A stretch of 64,000 nt of DNA from Raillietiella orientalis (Eukaryota): the NCBI GenBank assembly GCA_036172245.1, contig JAYWIR010000014.1, positions 310,001 to 374,000 of the forward strand, given 5' to 3'. The translations under genes and the position numbers were made by a program. Under the pieces are notes generated by a model, which did not search any database, had not been told where the DNA came from, and was given only the letters and a program-made list of their open reading frames with translations. Positions 1-13,802 of the stretch are shown in pieces. The first letter of the stretch is position 1. Each line of letters begins with the position of its first letter.

Positions 1-1254
1 GCTCACTCGCCTCCAGCCTTCCAGAGGTTTGGTCACTCCGGCAATAGTAGAAAGAAATTCATGCATCACGATGAACTAAATGCACCGATCCAGACGTGTA
101 GATAATTCCGGATGCGGTTCGTCTTTTTACCCAGATCCATTTTATGATCTATACGTTCTATCGTCTTCAGGAATATAATTTCATAGACAGGAAGTGGATT
201 ACAGAGATGATTGTCACAATCTCTCAATTCAGTAACGAATCCACGTTAAAGGATCGCACAGAAAAATTATAAAGTGCTTACGAAGGAAGCCACGTGGCTG
301 TGAGGGTTCACTTTCAATAATCCGTTCCTTGCTGCTTCCAGGAGTAGAAAGTTGTTGCTCATTTGTAGCCAGTGATGGATTCAGTAGGTGACGACGAAAT
401 GGGCTTGCATCTTGGAAGTCCAAGGTGCTGTGGATTCCGAACAAAGTGAAGGTCTACACGTCTACGTGCGACGATCATCACCAGGCAGCAGGTTGAGCGC
501 GCTTCCTCATTGCAGCGTAGGACCTCGGGGCTTGATTTCCATACACTCGTGGCATCCTTCCGGACTGAGCGAGCGCATGCGAAGAGAAGTCCGAAAATAG
601 ACGAAAATTTTGCCTGCAGATTGCTTGCTGTTGGAATCTCACAGAATTAGTTTGACAGTTATTAAATCTCGAATGAACGCTCGTAGCTGAAGATAGCGAA
701 ATTGCAATGAGTGAGTGTCAGGAAAACCCTTCCGCTTTTTTTTTTTTTTTGTCAGTTTGCGTTTCCTTAGCTCCCTTCTTTTGGTGCATCTTGGTTTGTA
801 AAAACGGGCTAGTTTACTTCCCGGCGCAGCAGATGCAACCCGCTTATTTTCCCGGTAGTTTGCACTCATCAGGACGGCGGGATGTCTTCAACGAATCGTC
901 ACAATTCCTCATCTCGGTTAAACTCTTTGACTTCTTTTTAATAGTACAGATAGGATGCTTGGCAGCAGCAATGTCATGCTTCTCTTAAAGACATGTATCT
1001 ATCATTTGTAGGTCAGAAGATTAGATTACTTTTTTTTTTTTAAAGGCTAGTAGCAACATCACGGAGAGATCGTTATTATTGGCTTAGGATGACGAAAATC
1101 ATCTTGAGTTCTTTTGTTTTCGCTGTTTTCCTTCCAGATTTTTTTTTGCTTTTTTTGCTTTGCAAAAAGTACAAAAGAACCGTTCGCCTTCTTGGGGTTC
1201 GCCTTTCATGAAGATCTTTAATGCTGTCCACGCCACACGATGGTGCGTGTAGTA

Positions 1255-1850
1255 ACCCTTCAGGTTAGGAGGTAAACCCTCCGGAGGAAGGAGTCCGTCT
1301 CTCATGCGCTTGGGAGGGAACTACAGAGGGAACCCTCGGCGTGGTTGTCTCCGAAGATAACACCGAAGGAATCCTCTTATTCCTTGTTCTCTCCGGAAAA
1401 ACCCTTGGAAGGGGAAGCACTCATTTCTTCGTCGAAGGAAACCGCTCTTTGGTACTCTCCTGAGGAGAACCCTGAAGGGACGCTCCCAGATTTCTCCGAA
1501 GAAAGCAGCGCGCTTCTGACACTCTGGACGGGCAACCAGCTCCATGGTACGCAATGAAGGGTTCCTCCGAAGGGGGAAATGGCTCCATTTCACACTAGGA
1601 AGGGAACGGCTTTTTGATTCCTGGAAGGACCCCGGAGGGTCGACTTCCAGTTTCGGCCAGTCAGCGGGGACATCCGATTTCCAACAGTGCCACATCCGAA
1701 GTCTCCGAGCCAACCGACGTCAGCTAGCAGGAAGGACTCAAAATCCACGATGTGCCCATTTTTCAGAGTTGGTCCTCTACGTGAGGATTCGAACCCAGAA
1801 CTCTTTGTGCCACGCGCAAAGACCGTAGACACACGCCCGCGTTGAAGGCT
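1255..1850 (-). mobile_element. tRNA-headed interspersed repeat (family A, SINE-like), copy 1
   Basis: B-box GGGTTCGAATCCT on the minus strand (1784-1796) within a tRNA-like head. The body aligns by eye with 29705-30321+32187-32355, 38520-38730 and the reverse complement of 39494-40264, and contains degenerate ~35-40 bp 'tctccgaag...gaagg' repeats. Left end approximate. Confidence 0.75.
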
Positions 1851-4800
1851 GTATAACTACGGTTTGGATTGATTCATGAAGATTCTTGTGGTCAAGCTTA
1901 TTTCTGATTTCTCAGGCATGAATTTATGGTTTTATTCTCTTCCTGGTTATTCGTTCTTTTTGTTCCACGGAGGATTGTTTTGATGTGGGTGGACTTGAGT
2001 GGATCTGATTCCGTTTCATCACGAATTGTCGAGGATACAACTGCAATGAGTTTCCCGTTCTCCTCTGTGCAATAGGACGAATTTCGTTACATCCATACAG
2101 CTCTTCGTAGGGAGCACCTAAGAGTCGTTTCCTGCTAAAGTGCACTTACGCTGCTCACACTGCAGGTTTTGGAGGTGACTATAGGAGTCGAAGACCAGGC
2201 AGCACTTCAATCGAGTGGTAAGCCTCCAGGAGCCGAATGCTCGGAACAGAAGTTCTGAAGGACACATTTCTATTCTCTATCGCTTTGCTCAGAACCCGAT
2301 CTGTTCCGAACAGAACGGCATTGAGGTATCACTTCCCTCAGATACTGCTTTCGAAAGATCCACACTCCAGGAAGACCAAGTCTCGCTGGCTCGCTTCCAT
2401 TTTCGCGGCTCCCGACACTTTCTCCAGCAGAGTTGTCTTCACCGCTTTTAGTGAAGATCTTCTGTCTGATTCCAAGTAATCGTCTGTTCTAGATTGCCTT
2501 GAGCATAAGGAAAGATGCTGTCCCTTACAGTGAAGATCCTTCCCGAAGAGAAGGAAAAGCAGCTTCATAAGATTGCATGGATTCTAAAGAATGAATATTT
2601 TTGCAAGAGGTGGTGATGTATTTTTGGTACACATTCCATTTCTACCATGCAAATCAGGGAGTAGAGGGAGCTAATACCCTCCTTGTCACTTGTACAATAC
2701 CTAATTAAGAAGCTAGAGCCTAGAGTGATTAGGAAAACTTCGCACAGCCGGTAGGATCAACTGCGAGATCTAAGCTAAGCAGTCAGGAACACCACAGGAC
2801 ATTTTCTCAGTTCTAGAGATTCTCCCATCTCCGAATTTCGTATTCCTTGATGAGCCCCATCCCTTCAGGGAATGGAAGAGGCATTCCATGGTTCGACGGA
2901 AGGAACTACAGAAATTAAGGTACGTGTACGCGCGCATGTAAAAACCTCTACAACTTTAGTGTCAGTAGCTGCATTTTTTTTTTTTTTTTCTAGAGAGGTA
3001 GAGCTTTCGATTTCCCAATAGATTTTAGTCTTGGGATGTGACGACGAGTTGCGAAGCTCACACCGTGAATTTCTGGAGGATAAAAACAACACACACACAC
3101 ACGTTCGTGCTGCGCTGCAGATTCCATAAATCTTTCCGGGTAACGTTCAAGTTTAAGTAATTAATGGGCGTCCAACTTGCGGTTTCATTTGAACAAGTTT
3201 CTGCTTTCCAAGAGCGGAGATCGATCACATCAGAATGGTTAAACTTGATTCACCGCTGCTAATTGATGGCAATGGAAGGAAAAAAAAATCTATTACTCGA
3301 TCGCAGAAATTACGTGTGGTACTATACCGAAACGAGGACGGCGAGAACGTGATTGGCGCATTTTCTCTCCGTGCGATTTATGACCTGACCATATTCTTGC
3401 CCTAATCATTTTCCCAATGATACCTGCTAAGAAAAGCACACCACACGAACTCTAAGAGCGGAACATTTTCGTCTTTGTACCACTGCACGTAGTGAATCAC
3501 TCCATGTCGGCTGAAATGAAGTGGACTTTCGACTCATTGACTTGCATCTGCACACGAAACAGTCATGTGTACACCTTGCAGGAAACGCATCAGCTACAAC
3601 GCACTTTTCATTCCTAGTATTCATGGAATGAGCTGCTTAAAGTGCTCATGCTTCGATGAAGTCCATTACTGTGGTCGAACTCTTCAGGAGGTCGACGCTC
3701 TTTGGTAAAGAAGTCTCACATGAGATAGACGTGCAGACTGATGAACACCTTGTTTTAAGGGAACGATAGGAAACTTTCTCCCAAAGTAACCATTGAGAAT
3801 GTGTGACTGAACACATTTACTATATAGTCTTGCGACAAGAATTTGCAGCCGTGTGATAAGATGGTCCTATGAATCCATGGAAAATTTTGTGAAAGTGTAT
3901 GGAAGATTGTCCCTGAAGAGTCCAAGCATTTTCATCAGGTGTAAGAAAAAAATGGAAAGATCTGTCGAGAGGATTGCTAAGAACAGAAAAACGGTTTCCA
4001 TAACAGAAGCCTCATCCAAAAATTAATTCAAGGAGACGATTATTACTTTTATAACAAATAAACTTTTTTTTTAAAGCATCGTCCTATTTGTCACACGTAT
4101 TTGATTCAACCTTGATAGAATCTTGCAAACGATGTCGTCGCTACGGGCTGGTTCTTTTGTTTCCGTACTCTTCAGCAGTTTTGGTTTTTGAACATCCCAT
4201 GTATATCAAGTCATTCCCTAATTTTTGTATCTACGTATAACAGAGAATCATTTACAGCAAGTTTATTTAATGGGAATTACAGAGAAAATTAAAGAAGGTG
4301 AATTGAACTCGTGGTTCCGTTTGGTATTTAGAAATGGATCATTCAAATGCCTCACACAGATTTTATTTAACAAGCACTCCTTCAGTTTAATGTAGCAGGA
4401 GTGATGACTTTTGTCTTCACGGTTTCTCCAAATAGACCGAAGAAAGAAAATCTCCTCTAGAGCTATCCTTTGCAATTTGGAAGCACCATTCTTGAGGAGT
4501 TTCAGAATATTTCTTTTACGGTGAAAAATTCGTTGTTTTCGTTCATCCCATTGGAACTTCAAAATTGTCCTTGTGCGTGAAGTGAAACAAGCGAAGCCAG
4601 GTTCAAATAAAAGCTGATATTTCTTGTTCGTTTGCCTTCAGCTGAGCAATGAGCTTCCCTTTTGTCTTTCGGATATGCACCAGAAAGACATGATTCACTT
4701 ATTTGACGAATTTGAACATTTTCTTCCATTCAATGATAGCATTCCATTCTCCTTTTTAGTGTGTACAGTTGCTTGCCATCGTGAAAGAAGCCTGTGTTTT

Positions 4801-5244
4801 GCATCTTGGAAACATCAGTGTCAGAGAAGCTTCGAAAGGATGGGCTGACCTTTTTTAAATCAACACTTTTTTAAATCATGGATTGCAAAAATACGTTTCG
4901 CCTGCTTCCTTCAAGCGGGTACAAGAGACGAAGAGGCAGCCGGTAAGAAAACAGGCTCAGATCCATCTTTGCTCTAAAAACCGGAATCCTAGGAAAATAA
5001 GAACTTATTTTAACGCTGAGATGAAAGGATTTATGTAAATAAAATCAGCAGAAACAAATAAACGTCAGTAATCAAGAAAATAGTGAATATCGATAGATAG
5101 ATTCACACTTGATTGCTTCAGCAAGAAATAGTAACTCAAGTTAATGGAATACGAAACAGAATACATCCTCACTACACGACGTGTGTTAAAATCCGTTTCA
5201 ATTGGCTTGCCTTTCCCCGAAAACAATTTTAAATGTAAAGGTTG

Positions 5245-5289
5245 ATATATATATATATATATATATATCAACTATATATATATATATAT
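5245..5289. repeat. (TA)n microsatellite interrupted by CAAC
   Basis: Directly visible. Confidence 0.95.
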
Positions 5290-5290
5290 C

Positions 5291-5594
5291 CCAAAACCAT
5301 GGTTAGTACTACTGAGCAGCGAACTGAAAAGCACATGCTTAGTAAATAAACATTGGCCTCTAGCAGCAAAACTTGAACCTCATCTTGCACACACTTCTTT
5401 CAAGTGCAAGTCATGATGTTCGTCATATATATATATATGTATATATGACATGTATATATATGTCTACATCATGACTTGCACTTGAAAGAAGTGTGTGCAA
5501 GATGAGGTTCAAGTTTTGCTGCTAGAGGCCAATGTTTATTTACTAAGCATGTGCTTTTCAGTTCGCTGCTCAGTAGTACTAACCATGGTTTTGG
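5291..5594. repeat. Perfect 129-bp inverted repeat with 46-nt TA-rich spacer
   Basis: 5291-5419 (ccaaaaccatgg...tcatgatgt) is the reverse complement of 5466-5594 (acatcatga...ccatggttttgg). Confidence 0.95.
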
Positions 5595-8500
5595 AATCCA
5601 TTAGGGTGTGAGTGAGGTCCTCAGTGTTACTCTTGTTTGCGAAGACATATCGACCTAATGAGTGAGACTACTAATAACAGCTGAAGGCTGCTTAAAGATA
5701 TCCTTATCGTGTTTTCGTCCAAAGGTTTGTGGAATTCAGGAAACCTTCATCAATGGCGATCTCCTGCTATCAATGAGGTTCTCTTGCAAACTTCCCAGAA
5801 TACCTATTCGGTGAAGTTTTCGCACTGTCTGCTGAGGAAATCCAATCGATATGTTCATCAAGTGCTTTCTCCGAGAGCAAAAATTCATCATTCCGTCCGC
5901 TTCCCTTGCATGCCTGAGGTAGGGGCTGGAGCATTAGGCAAGGTTCCAGCAGGAAAAATCTTCCCAACCTCACTTTTGAAAATCTACAATAAAATAGGTA
6001 ATTCGCCTGATTATTTTTGTAGTGTGTCCAACAAGTTTCGTTTCGTAGTCGTGACTTCGTATTGTCTATAAAATGCTCATTGTCATCATCATATGCGACC
6101 TCAGTTCATTCAACTTTCCAAATATGTTGCAGATAAACACGTCTCTGAAGCACGAAGCCAGTCTGAAAGCGTTCTGCTGATGAGGTGGATACTTTCGAAA
6201 AAGGCTTTGTGTTTTGGAAAGAGGAAAACTCCCTTGAAGTACAGTTCCATGAGGAATTCGTTGAATTCCTATCTTGTTCTCACGCATAAAATGCACAGAA
6301 TGACTTATCATTTCAACATCACTTCACTATGAAATCGATGGTTTCAAAACTTCTGGCATTGTTTTGCATGGAGTTCATCTCGTTCCTAGGGAAGGGAAGA
6401 GAGTCAGCATCTCTTTCTGTTATGCAACGATTAGCAAACATTTTGTTTCTTTTGCGTTGGAATTCTTGGTGTCTTCACTACTGGTGCATTTATTTATATG
6501 AGGAGCGACCTATTCTGTGTGCCTATCGGGTAAAAACAGATTGATTTCTGGGAAGAATTTTCTTCTATTTTAATCCCATTAATTATAAGATCTTCAATTC
6601 AGTTGCGATCTTTGACTTCTGAACCATCATTGTGTCTACTTCTAGTGCCTTCTTTTCTTTATCATTTCTCTATCTATTTTCTCTATCATTTAATCAGTCA
6701 CAACAGGAAACACTTGTACAATTTTTCTTTTTGGTGTATCCTCATACAGAAGAATGCCATTGACTTGTGAATCAGCAATCAACTACCAACTATGCAACTA
6801 TGCATGACAACGCAAGCAGTGAAGACTCTCGAAAGAGCTTTCATTCTTAACAGACACTTGTGAGGTGCCGTAGGGAGCTGGAAAGATTTCGATGGTTCAT
6901 CTGAAAGAATTTGTATAGACAATGTTGTTGTTTCATTACCAACTATTTTACATAGTTTCCATCCAATGTTTTTGTGAAGAACTTAAACGCTTTGACAAAG
7001 TGGAGAATTTTATCAGTGGTAACGGGATGGCGACCGGCGTCCATAAACAATACAAAGCTGCTGGTCAAAATCCATGCCTACTCTATTTGTGTACTTTAAA
7101 TTTTATTCTTGCCACGATTTCTTTGAATGACTCCACCCTTATGTAGTTTGTTTATCCTTGTTTGTGTCTGTGTGGGTTTTTTTTGCACTTTTTTTTTAAC
7201 TTGCTCGACTTTTTGAGGCTAAAAATTGCCCCAGAATCTTCAGATTCATTTTTTTCCTATAAAATCTTCGTTAAAGATTTCTTTCCTGCGGGAGAAGTCA
7301 CCCAAACTGCCTACGTACACCCACGCAGCATGAGTGAGCATTCGGTTTTGATCACAAGCAAGGCACCAGAAGCAGCGCACTGGCGACAACACTCAGTGCT
7401 CGCTCCATCCATGCAGCAAAAGAGCTGCTTAATTAGTTGGTAGATGTGCGTGCAGAACACTTGTTTCCACTGCCACCAGTATAGCTCGATGGTCTTTCGA
7501 GCGCGCCTTCTGCAGGGAAACAAAAAAGAAAAAGAATGAGCACTATCTATCACCTCTGCAGAGCAGTGGTGATAGATAGTGAAAATTATTTCGCCCATGC
7601 AGAGGGAAGTGTGTTTATGAGGCTGCTTACTATGGCAGAAAGGTCATGTCGAGGATCAGGAGCACGCAAACGGACCGAGTTTCCACAAGCGCATGATAAA
7701 TAATTGCGAATCCTGGTGGTTGCAATTTCGGCTGCTCGATAAACAGGGATGGTTTCCGCAAATAAATCAGAAAATGTTCGCTTCTGATTGTGCCCTCATG
7801 ATTCCCGGCGCACGGCCGAAAGCAGCACATACCACTGGTCGAGAGGCACTACCAAGCTCAAGAAAACTGGTTACGTACAGTTGGAATAAATTTCAGGTAT
7901 GCAGTGGAGAAATGCAAATGCTCGGAGAGCCAACAAAAAATCACGGAACTCTCTCCGCATTTGCGGAGGCTGCTTTTGTTTCCCGTGTTTGTCCAATGAA
8001 GGCTATAAAAATTTTTGAAAAATGTTGCTCGCGTCAAATTGTTATGCAGGAATTTCTTATCTCAGCGTTGAGTTCAGCAGCGCAACTTCTGTTTTCTCCT
8101 ACGTTTGGAAATACAAAGGAAACAGCCTCAGCATTTGTTACATCCTCGGAGCATCCGAGGTTTGCTTCTTAAGCACCAACAACTTCTGAGTCAATTTCAA
8201 ATAAGCAACGAAAGACCTGGAATAAGGGGCATTTCTCGTTTTAGAACACTTCCAAAGTGCAGCCTCGTTCATTCAATTGTGATTCTCTTTTGTTACCATG
8301 ACTTCATTCCGCCTAAACCATTGCTCACCAGCGAATCCGAATGAATGCTCAGAAAATAAGAAGGAAATCTTAGTAGGAATGCAGTTTTGCTCTTCGTGAA
8401 CCTCTGTTTAAAACTGCATTGTCGCGCACTCTCAGCTTTCAGGTGGGCTTCACATGCCACCCTTGCAGCCCGGAAGTGGAACGTTGATTCGGTTTTACCC

Positions 8501-11500
8501 ACAGAAAATAAAAAACATTATCAGAATGGCCTCATTGACAATTTTTTCTTCTTCAATGATGTCATCTTTTCCGAAGATATTGCAGATTTCAGCAATCGGA
8601 ACGGACCCCTTGCTGACCACTGTACACAATGAAGTGTAAGGGGGAAAAGGACAGGCTCGAACGCAAAGAGTACAATGGCATCAAACAAAGAAGATGAAAG
8701 GCCATGTGCGTTCCTGTTTGCTACTCTCTGAACAGTTGGTTTTGAATGCCCCTATTTGCAGTTGCACTCTGACATCACGATTTTGGCAGTGTTTGCCCTT
8801 CTCAAGTGCCATGTACGATGGCGTGCGCTACCTGGATCGAGGTTTTAAACTTCACTTTTGCATCCTGATTCATTTGCTAACATCCTAGGTTTGTAAAATG
8901 AAATCTTCCGAAGAGTAGAATTTTCCGAATTGTTTCTCCCTGCAACTTTTCTGCTTGGTTGACACTTCCAGCCATGCGGTGATGAACAGCTGAGGAACTT
9001 TTCACGGAAGCAAGGTTTGTTGCGCCTCACTACTGGCTCCCTGTCGTGTTTGTGGTCCAGGTGGTCAAGGAGACTCATACCTGGTTCTAAAGAGAATTTT
9101 GGTGTCACGAACCACTCTTGCAAGTCTCGGCTTTGCTGACACCCAAAAGGCGCCCGCCGTCGCTTGAATTTTTCAGTGGTTCTCGAATACGGGCATCGCT
9201 CAAGGCATTTCCGAACTTCATGCTTTCCCAGTCATGCAGCATGAACAGCAGCTTATGCCAGCTGCTTTCTGATCTCCGTCGAATAAACATCATTTTTTCC
9301 CAGAAGCGACCTTTGAGGTCTTGGAATCAGTTAGACCATGCGAGAGACCGCAGCAGGCTGCGTTTTGCATAATCAAAACACGAGAGCAGCGACTGTCAAT
9401 TAAGAGGCTTCCTCAAGCCAATTTTTTCACCTGGATTTACCGGGGTATTCCTCAAGTCAGGTGCGTTAACTGTGCCGACGTTTAACGAATCTGCGATCCC
9501 GGAGGAGCACTCTGCTGTTCGACAACCAGCAGATTCATGATGCTCAGTTGCAATTTTCAAGATACATTGATGAACAGCAGTGGATTTTAAAATCAGTCAT
9601 AGCTGGCAGCTTCCGACAAGGAGAAAGAATCCCAAGAGGAAAGAATGATAATAGCAAACAAACAAGAACGGATATCATGAACATCAAGGGGAGGAAAAAT
9701 CTGCGCGAGTCTTGAAAAGTCTGTCATGTGTAATGGGACTGCAAAAGAAACTATAGCGCTGCAGCAGTCCGTGATAGGCAAGGGCGCATAGGAATAGAAA
9801 CGGAGTGCGGCGAATTCGCATCAGTCACATTCTTCAGATGAGACCAGATTAGGGTTCTCAGGCTCCCGAATAATCAAAAATCCGTCCATCCCTTTCCTTT
9901 CCATTCAGAATAGGAACTCTGGCCTATATGAGCATGCAAATTTATATCTTCTTGCAAAAAAAGAGAAACGAGATAACACAAGCGTGGAGATTAAACCGCT
10001 GCTTGCAGAAACGACCTCGAACTTTTTCCCCTCGATTACTGAAAGGAGTCCTTTGAGGGAGTTTCCAGAAAGAAACAAAAAATCGTAAGAAATTTCAAGA
10101 GAAAAATCAAGCGGCAGTTTAGCAAAGAGATATCAAAAAAAGAAAGCATTCCTTAAGGAGAGCACACTGTTTGAGCTGTGAGCGGGAACGAACTTTGAGT
10201 ACTTGTTTAGTGTAGCGTTCAAGTCATCTGGAGCCCAGCTTGGAAGGACCAGAGGAAGAATGGTTCATAAGCGAATGTGCTTCACATCCATAATCAGCTT
10301 TTTTGTGAGGAAGAAAGAAGGAAAATTTGAATTTTCTTCTTTTTTCCTCTTTTTTTTTTTTTTTTGAAAACTGGCTGCAGGGCACAGTCAGTTACTTTGG
10401 CACCAATTGAAAGCTCAAAAATTTGCAACGAATACATCTGCCTTTAAAATTTTGTTACAGAAATTGTTCCAGTCTTTCCCCTACCTCGCAAAAACTAACA
10501 ATGCCCTCCAATGAAGAAGCTCATCTCTAGAAATGGACCGACTGAATGCCATGCGGTAGGACCAATCAAGGTTTCCGTGGTCCAATGTCTTCTTAGACCT
10601 AAGCATAAAGTAGCTCTTTCGTACCAGACGTGTATTTATTATGTTTTCCAGGCAGCTCTCTGGTCGTCAAATTTCATCGCATCTTTGTATCTTAACTGAC
10701 AGTGGTCATTTTACTGAGCAGTGTCCGAAAGCAGTTCAGGGACCACGAAAACCAATTAGTATTGGTGCTCTTGAAAGTATTCTTTAAGAGGGTTACTCTT
10801 TTTTGAAGAAAATTTCTTTTTACACTATCTGAAACAAAATATGCTTTTGAAAAGCGTTTTTGATTGTTTCGTATACCTGTCTCCTTTAGCCAGTCGCCAG
10901 TCTTCTCGACTCAGTAGTCCGAAGGATATTTTTATTAGCATCTTCTGTTCATCATCAACATCTGCAAAGGGTCATCTTTATTGGGTTTGAAAAACGTATC
11001 TAAAAGGAAGGTGTGAATTTTCACGCGCACTGAGGATATTCTCCAAGTAGGCAATGGGCACCCAGAGGCAAAAACTTGTGAGCTCTTCAAATATCAAACA
11101 AGAAGGCGTGTGTGTAACTTCAGAAAAGAGTCTTCATCCTGTTTTAGTCTGCTGACCACATCATCGTGAAGATTCAGTTCAGCCTGGCAACGGTCGACAT
11201 CAGACGTGATGCCTTAGTGAACATTCGCGAAACAGAGGAATGGAGCAATTTTTGTTCCTTGCATTTCATTCTATAGAAAGGCTAATGGAAATCACAATAT
11301 ACGGACAGAAGAAGGCTCATAGAAGTTTTTCGCTTCTCAAGATATATTTTTGGATTAGTAGATTACTCGTGTCAGGAGTTGTAGAGAAAAACGTTAGTAG
11401 ACAAGAAGGGAGTTTCGTGAACAAGATAACATTTTCAAAAAGTTTTTACGAAAAGAGTGGGAATAAAAACAGGAATCTTCTGAAAGTTTTTGTGAGAATT

Positions 11501-12917
11501 TCAAAAAGTTCCTCTGGAAATAGAAAAGTTGAGAAAATCATCGGTCTCTATGGAAGACGGCTGCTGGTGGAACTATATCTTCGCTCCATTCTTGGGAAGG
11601 AAGAATTCCTTTCGAGTCACAAACCTGCACTAACATTTTAAGTGGTCATAAGCGCTTCAGTTCTTTTTGAAGGCTATATCTTTATTTATGTTCTGAGTAT
11701 GCATCTTTAGAGAGAAAATAAAAGAGAAAGAGTAAGAAAGAGAAAACTATTCCAGGTTATACACACGCAAGCTGAGAGTCCGGTGTGAATTCTGACACTC
11801 TACAGTGGGAAACAAAAGACAGGAGGAAAGAAAAATATCAGACAAGAAAGTAGTATATGAGCTGGTGCAGAATACGCACTCATCCTTTATCCACTCAGGA
11901 GAAGTCAACTGTATTCTATCAGCAAAAAAATTTCCCCTTGAAAATGCTCTGCAAGACTTTCTTCAATAGGGAGCATGAGAGGACAAAAACTTGATTTAGT
12001 GTACCTTGTGCTAAGCTCGAAATATCCAAAGGTAAAATCACACAGAAAATTTGTTGTTATCAAACTAAGTATTAATGAGAGTTTCCTGGGAATTGCTCAA
12101 AGCTCGAAACAATTTCCCATGGCTTTCAAGAAATGCTGCTCTCCAAATTCCGCGTAAAGATGTTTGCGAACATCAATCAATGCTTAAATTAATGGTAGTA
12201 AATTATTATAAGTAATAAAAAGAGTTCTTTTCCAATCTTTATGTTTTACTCCGAATGGTATAGATTTCCGATGCATCGTTCTAGTCACAGTGAATCTTTA
12301 CTTAGTCTTTAATTTCAAGAAAACTGAAATCAAGTTACCTCGACGTGAGGTTTTTGTAAAAATGTGGGTCAAACTTTAGTTCTTAAGATATGTTCAAAAG
12401 GTGGGTTTTCTGTGAGCCAAGGCTAATGAAGTATTTGCATCTTTAGACAGTAAAATAGGTTCTACAACTGATAAATTAATCAAAACTGAAGCCTAATCTA
12501 CCCACATTAGTTGCTCAAAGTCTACCCAGACTCGGTGCTCAATGAACACTAAACGTTTATTTTCCAAAAGCACTTCTAGTCCAAGATTACCTTGAAGCGC
12601 TTCACTTAGATGGCGATACTATCTTTAAAATCGAATAGACCAAACTATACGAATACAACACAACTGGTGACAAAATAAATCTATTAAAAAAAGCTATAAT
12701 ATAAAATAGCTCATCTTTTCAAAAGGATTCCGTATGTAATACTGATATCTTGTATTCTTTAGGAGAGTAGTCTACTCTGTTTAATGAATTAGCTTTCAGT
12801 TCCACCGAAGACATCTGATGTTCTATTTGAACCTTGTTTGAAGTGTATTCCTGTGCAGAGCCCTCCATGCTATTCAAGAAGCACTCTGCAGAAATCTGAC
12901 ACTAGCTCTTGCAGAGC

Positions 12918-13075
12918 AGGATAATATATTAATATATAATATATTATCCTTTAATTAGGAATATAAAAATTAATTAATCGAGGGAAAGGTATTCTTAAAA
13001 TATTTTTAGTATTAAATAAATTTAAATAAATTAAATTTTAAATTTAAAATGAATGAATTTTAAATTTAATTCTGA
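12918..13075. other. Very AT-rich island starting with a palindrome of 14-bp arms
   Basis: aggataatatatta (12918-12931) / taatatattatcct (12937-12950), followed by ~120 nt that is about 90% A+T by eye. Confidence 0.8.
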
Positions 13076-13802
13076 TGCTGCCTCAGTATTCACATTAAGT
13101 GCGTCCTTGTCGTCAACACTGGTTTCCCTCTTATCCCGTAAAACCACTTCTTCCAAGCTAAATATACAAATACAGCAGAAAAAAAGGCATCTAAAAAGGG
13201 AACACCAACTCCTTCGTTGTCCATGAATTCTGAAACCCACGGTGGCAGTATCCCAGTTGATCACTTGACTTATTTGCTTTGCCAGGAACAAATGCAGTGG
13301 GCGCCGAATTCGCTCATTACCGTTTACTTCACCATGCAGCTGGAGTTCTCAGCACATGGTCACAAAGTCACGCTTTGCTTCCTTCCCAGCGATAAAAATG
13401 AAAACCGCTGACAGAGGTCCATTCTGAGTTGAGGAGTCATCAAGATAGTTTTCATACAGGAAACGAAAGGGAAATCGAAACAAGAGACATAACGAAAGAA
13501 TATCCCAAGGCACATGAGAAACTTCTTGGTGAGCGAGAAAAGCTATCAAGAAAGCGTAGGGCGCGAAAATGCGGTTCTCAGTTCTGTGGTTTTCAAGTCC
13601 ATTTACAAATTCGCCGTCCTAAAGGCAGAAATGCTCACGTGGTAAAGGATGAGTTATAACAGAATCGGACGAACTTCAGGAGAAGCACCAAACAAAGAGA
13701 GCTATGGATCTTCCTTGTGGTGTGAAAGACATGCTGAAGTATGATGTAAAATCTGAAAAGATGTGAAAAAGCATACATTCCAGAAGTTCATGTCGAAGGC
13801 GA

